DNA of 37,378 bases from Candidatus Wildermuthbacteria bacterium GWA2_46_15 (GTDB taxonomy: Bacteria > Patescibacteriota > Minisyncoccia > Minisyncoccales > GWA2-46-15). This document shows, piece after piece, positions 36,308-37,378 of this stretch. How positions within the stretch are numbered: position 1 is the first letter of the stretch; every line of letters begins with the position of its first letter. The stretch spans positions 5,079-42,456 of the forward strand of contig MHTO01000019.1 in assembly GCA_001823105.1 (NCBI GenBank), read 5' to 3'. The position numbers were made by a program, and so were the translations under genes. The notes under the pieces were generated by a model. It saw only the letters and a list, made by a program, of their open reading frames with translations, was not told the DNA's origin and did no database searches.

Positions 36308-36739
36308 ATGGAAAACTCTAAAAAAATTGATCCTTCGACAGGCTCAGGATCAACCCTGAGCAAAGCCGAATGGGTTGAGTGGATCTTACGTGTGGCCGTG
36401 GCCGGCGAGTTTATCGGCCACGGCGCATTTGCGCTGCAAGGTCGCCCGGCCTGGGTGGCCTGGTTTTCCATCTTCGGCGTCTCCGATCCGCAAATCGCCA
36501 CGACGCTTCTCTGGCTCGTTGGCCTGCTCGACATCACTCTGGCGGTTTTGGTTTTGATTAAACCGGTTCGCCTCGCCCTTCTCTGGATGACCTTTTGGGG
36601 TTTTTGGACCGCCTTAATGCGCCCGATCGCCGGCGAATCAATTTTTGAATTCGTGGAAAGGTGGGCAAACTGGGGCGCGCCACTGGCCTTATTGCTTCTT
36701 GTCGGTTGGCCCAAATCAATTAAAGAATGGCTTAGATAA
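36308..36739 (+). CDS. Hypothetical 4-TM membrane protein (possibly DoxX-like; weak)
   Basis: 143-aa ORF, GC3-rich, with hydrophobic helices and a GHGAFAL motif reminiscent of DoxX-type proteins. The N-terminus carries the CCTTCGACAGGCTCA element. Confidence 0.55.
   Translation: MENSKKIDPSTGSGSTLSKAEWVEWILRVAVAGEFIGHGAFALQGRPAWVAWFSIFGVSDPQIATTLLWLVGLLDITLAVLVLIKPVRLALLWMTFWGFWTALMRPIAGESIFEFVERWANWGAPLALLLLVGWPKSIKEWLR
36332..36373. repeat. Imperfect palindromic element CCTTCGACAGGCTCAGG-atcaac-CCTGAGCAAAGCCGAATGG inside the CDS
   Basis: Inner perfect stem GCTCAGG/CCTGAGC (36342-36348 and 36355-36361). It shares a 15-mer with 4770-4784 and is translated here as PSTGSGSTLSKAEW. Confidence 0.75.
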
Positions 36740-36766
36740 TTGAATTAATTGAAAGGAATATAGTTT

Positions 36767-37171
36767 ATGGAACCATACTTGACTTTGCTGCTGATTTTTT
36801 CCGGCTTGGGAATCGTGGATACGCTCTACCTGGCCTACCACAGCATCACCAAAACCGACGTTGCCTGTCCGTTTTTCCCGAAAGAGTGGTGCCGGAAAGT
36901 TCAATACAGCCAACTGAGCAGAACCTTTGGGATTCCCAATTCGTATTTGGGATTGGTCATGTATCTCGTTATTTTCGGATTAACCATCGGCCATATAAAC
37001 GCCTTGGCCGTTCCCTTTTGGTGGCTGCAACTGGTAATCGGTTTTGGATTTTTATTCTCCCTGTATTTCACCTTTGTTCAGGCATTTATCCTGCGGGCGT
37101 TTTGCACCTGGTGCGTTGTCTCCGCCGTTAGTTTTACGGCGCTGGCCGTGGCTGCTTTCATTCTGCGCTGA
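36767..37171 (+). CDS. Vitamin K epoxide reductase (VKOR) family membrane protein
   Basis: 134 aa, 4 TM, with loop cysteines (VACPFFPKEWC) and CTWC (CxxC) at the start of the last helix. This is the typical bacterial VKOR layout. Confidence 0.8.
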   Translation: MEPYLTLLLIFSGLGIVDTLYLAYHSITKTDVACPFFPKEWCRKVQYSQLSRTFGIPNSYLGLVMYLVIFGLTIGHINALAVPFWWLQLVIGFGFLFSLYFTFVQAFILRAFCTWCVVSAVSFTALAVAAFILR

Positions 37172-37225
37172 GCGGCCAGCGTGCTGGAGTTCGACGGCGT
37201 CACTCACCGAATAAGGCTGTGCTTA
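37172..37225 (+). repeat. Copy 2 of the 52-54 bp direct repeat (orphan cupin 3'-end fragment)
   Basis: GCGGCCAGCGTGCTGGAGTTCGACGGCGTCACTCACCGAATAAGGCTGTGCTTA. It starts immediately after the VKOR stop codon. Confidence 0.85.
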
Positions 37226-37235
37226 CGACCGAATA

Positions 37236-37258
37236 GTTGCTTGGTCTGACCAAGCAAC
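37236..37258. repeat. Perfect palindrome GTTGCTTGGTC-T-GACCAAGCAAC, plus an extra half-site CAAGCAAC at 37266-37273
   Basis: Twin of 6534-6558, with centre T instead of A. The third half-site lies downstream in the same relative position. Confidence 0.8.
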
Positions 37259-37279
37259 GCCTGATCAAGCAACGCTCCA

Positions 37280-37378
37280 ATGAAACCAATTTTGGTTACC
37301 ACCTACATTAATCCCGACTTGGACGGTTTCGCTTCGGTGCTGGCCTACACCGAGTTTTTGAATAAGACGGGTTTCTCC
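37280..37378 (+). CDS. DHH-family phosphoesterase / family II pyrophosphatase-like protein (3' end cut by the window edge)
   Basis: ATG at 37280 opens MKPILVTTYINPDLDGFASVLAYTEFLNKTGFS. NPDLDG..A..AY is the DHH motif I/II region. Only 33 codons are visible. Confidence 0.45.
   Translation, partial: MKPILVTTYINPDLDGFASVLAYTEFLNKTGFS

Overview
This is a 37.4-kb, gene-dense, almost entirely housekeeping segment of a small-genome bacterium. Gene content and architecture look most like a Candidate Phyla Radiation/Patescibacteria-type organism, but that is inference only. The standard code applies: TAA, TAG and TGA all terminate intact conserved genes. Gene order: comM (5' partial), yraN, two tandem O-antigen-ligase-like/TPR membrane proteins, a small GC-rich membrane protein, rpoB-rpoC-ftsK, a Y1/HUH transposase, recA, rpsF-ssb-rpsR (minus), PMM/PGM, trpS and RNase J (minus), a second Y1/HUH transposase, tRNA-Leu(CAG), cupin-type PGI, an orphan family-5 solute-binding protein, secG, a DUF360/holin-like protein, capA, uvrA, groES-groEL, lemA-htpX, a 2-TM protein, tRNA-Ser(GGA), a cupin, a membrane protein, VKOR, and a DHH protein (3' partial). 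I found no rRNA, CRISPR array, defence island or clear multi-gene novel system. The unusual part is the repeat content. (1) Two divergent Y1 transposase genes are each bracketed by their own 23-25 nt palindromes, one pair inverted (REPtron-like) and one pair direct (IS200-like). Related orphan palindromes sit at several gene ends. (2) A heptamer-phased A-tract/T-tract repeat family (GCGCAAA-like units) forms intergenic hairpins that start at stop codons. The same units also occur in frame inside rpoC and uvrA (twice), encoding TQSAKRK. (3) A CCTTCGACAGGCTCA palindromic element is embedded in two membrane-protein genes and read in two different frames. (4) A 52-54 bp duplication of a cupin gene's 3' end brackets a 1-kb two-gene membrane cassette that includes VKOR, and the cupin tail is frameshifted. 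Most recognisable promoters use an extended -10 (TGnTAnAAT).
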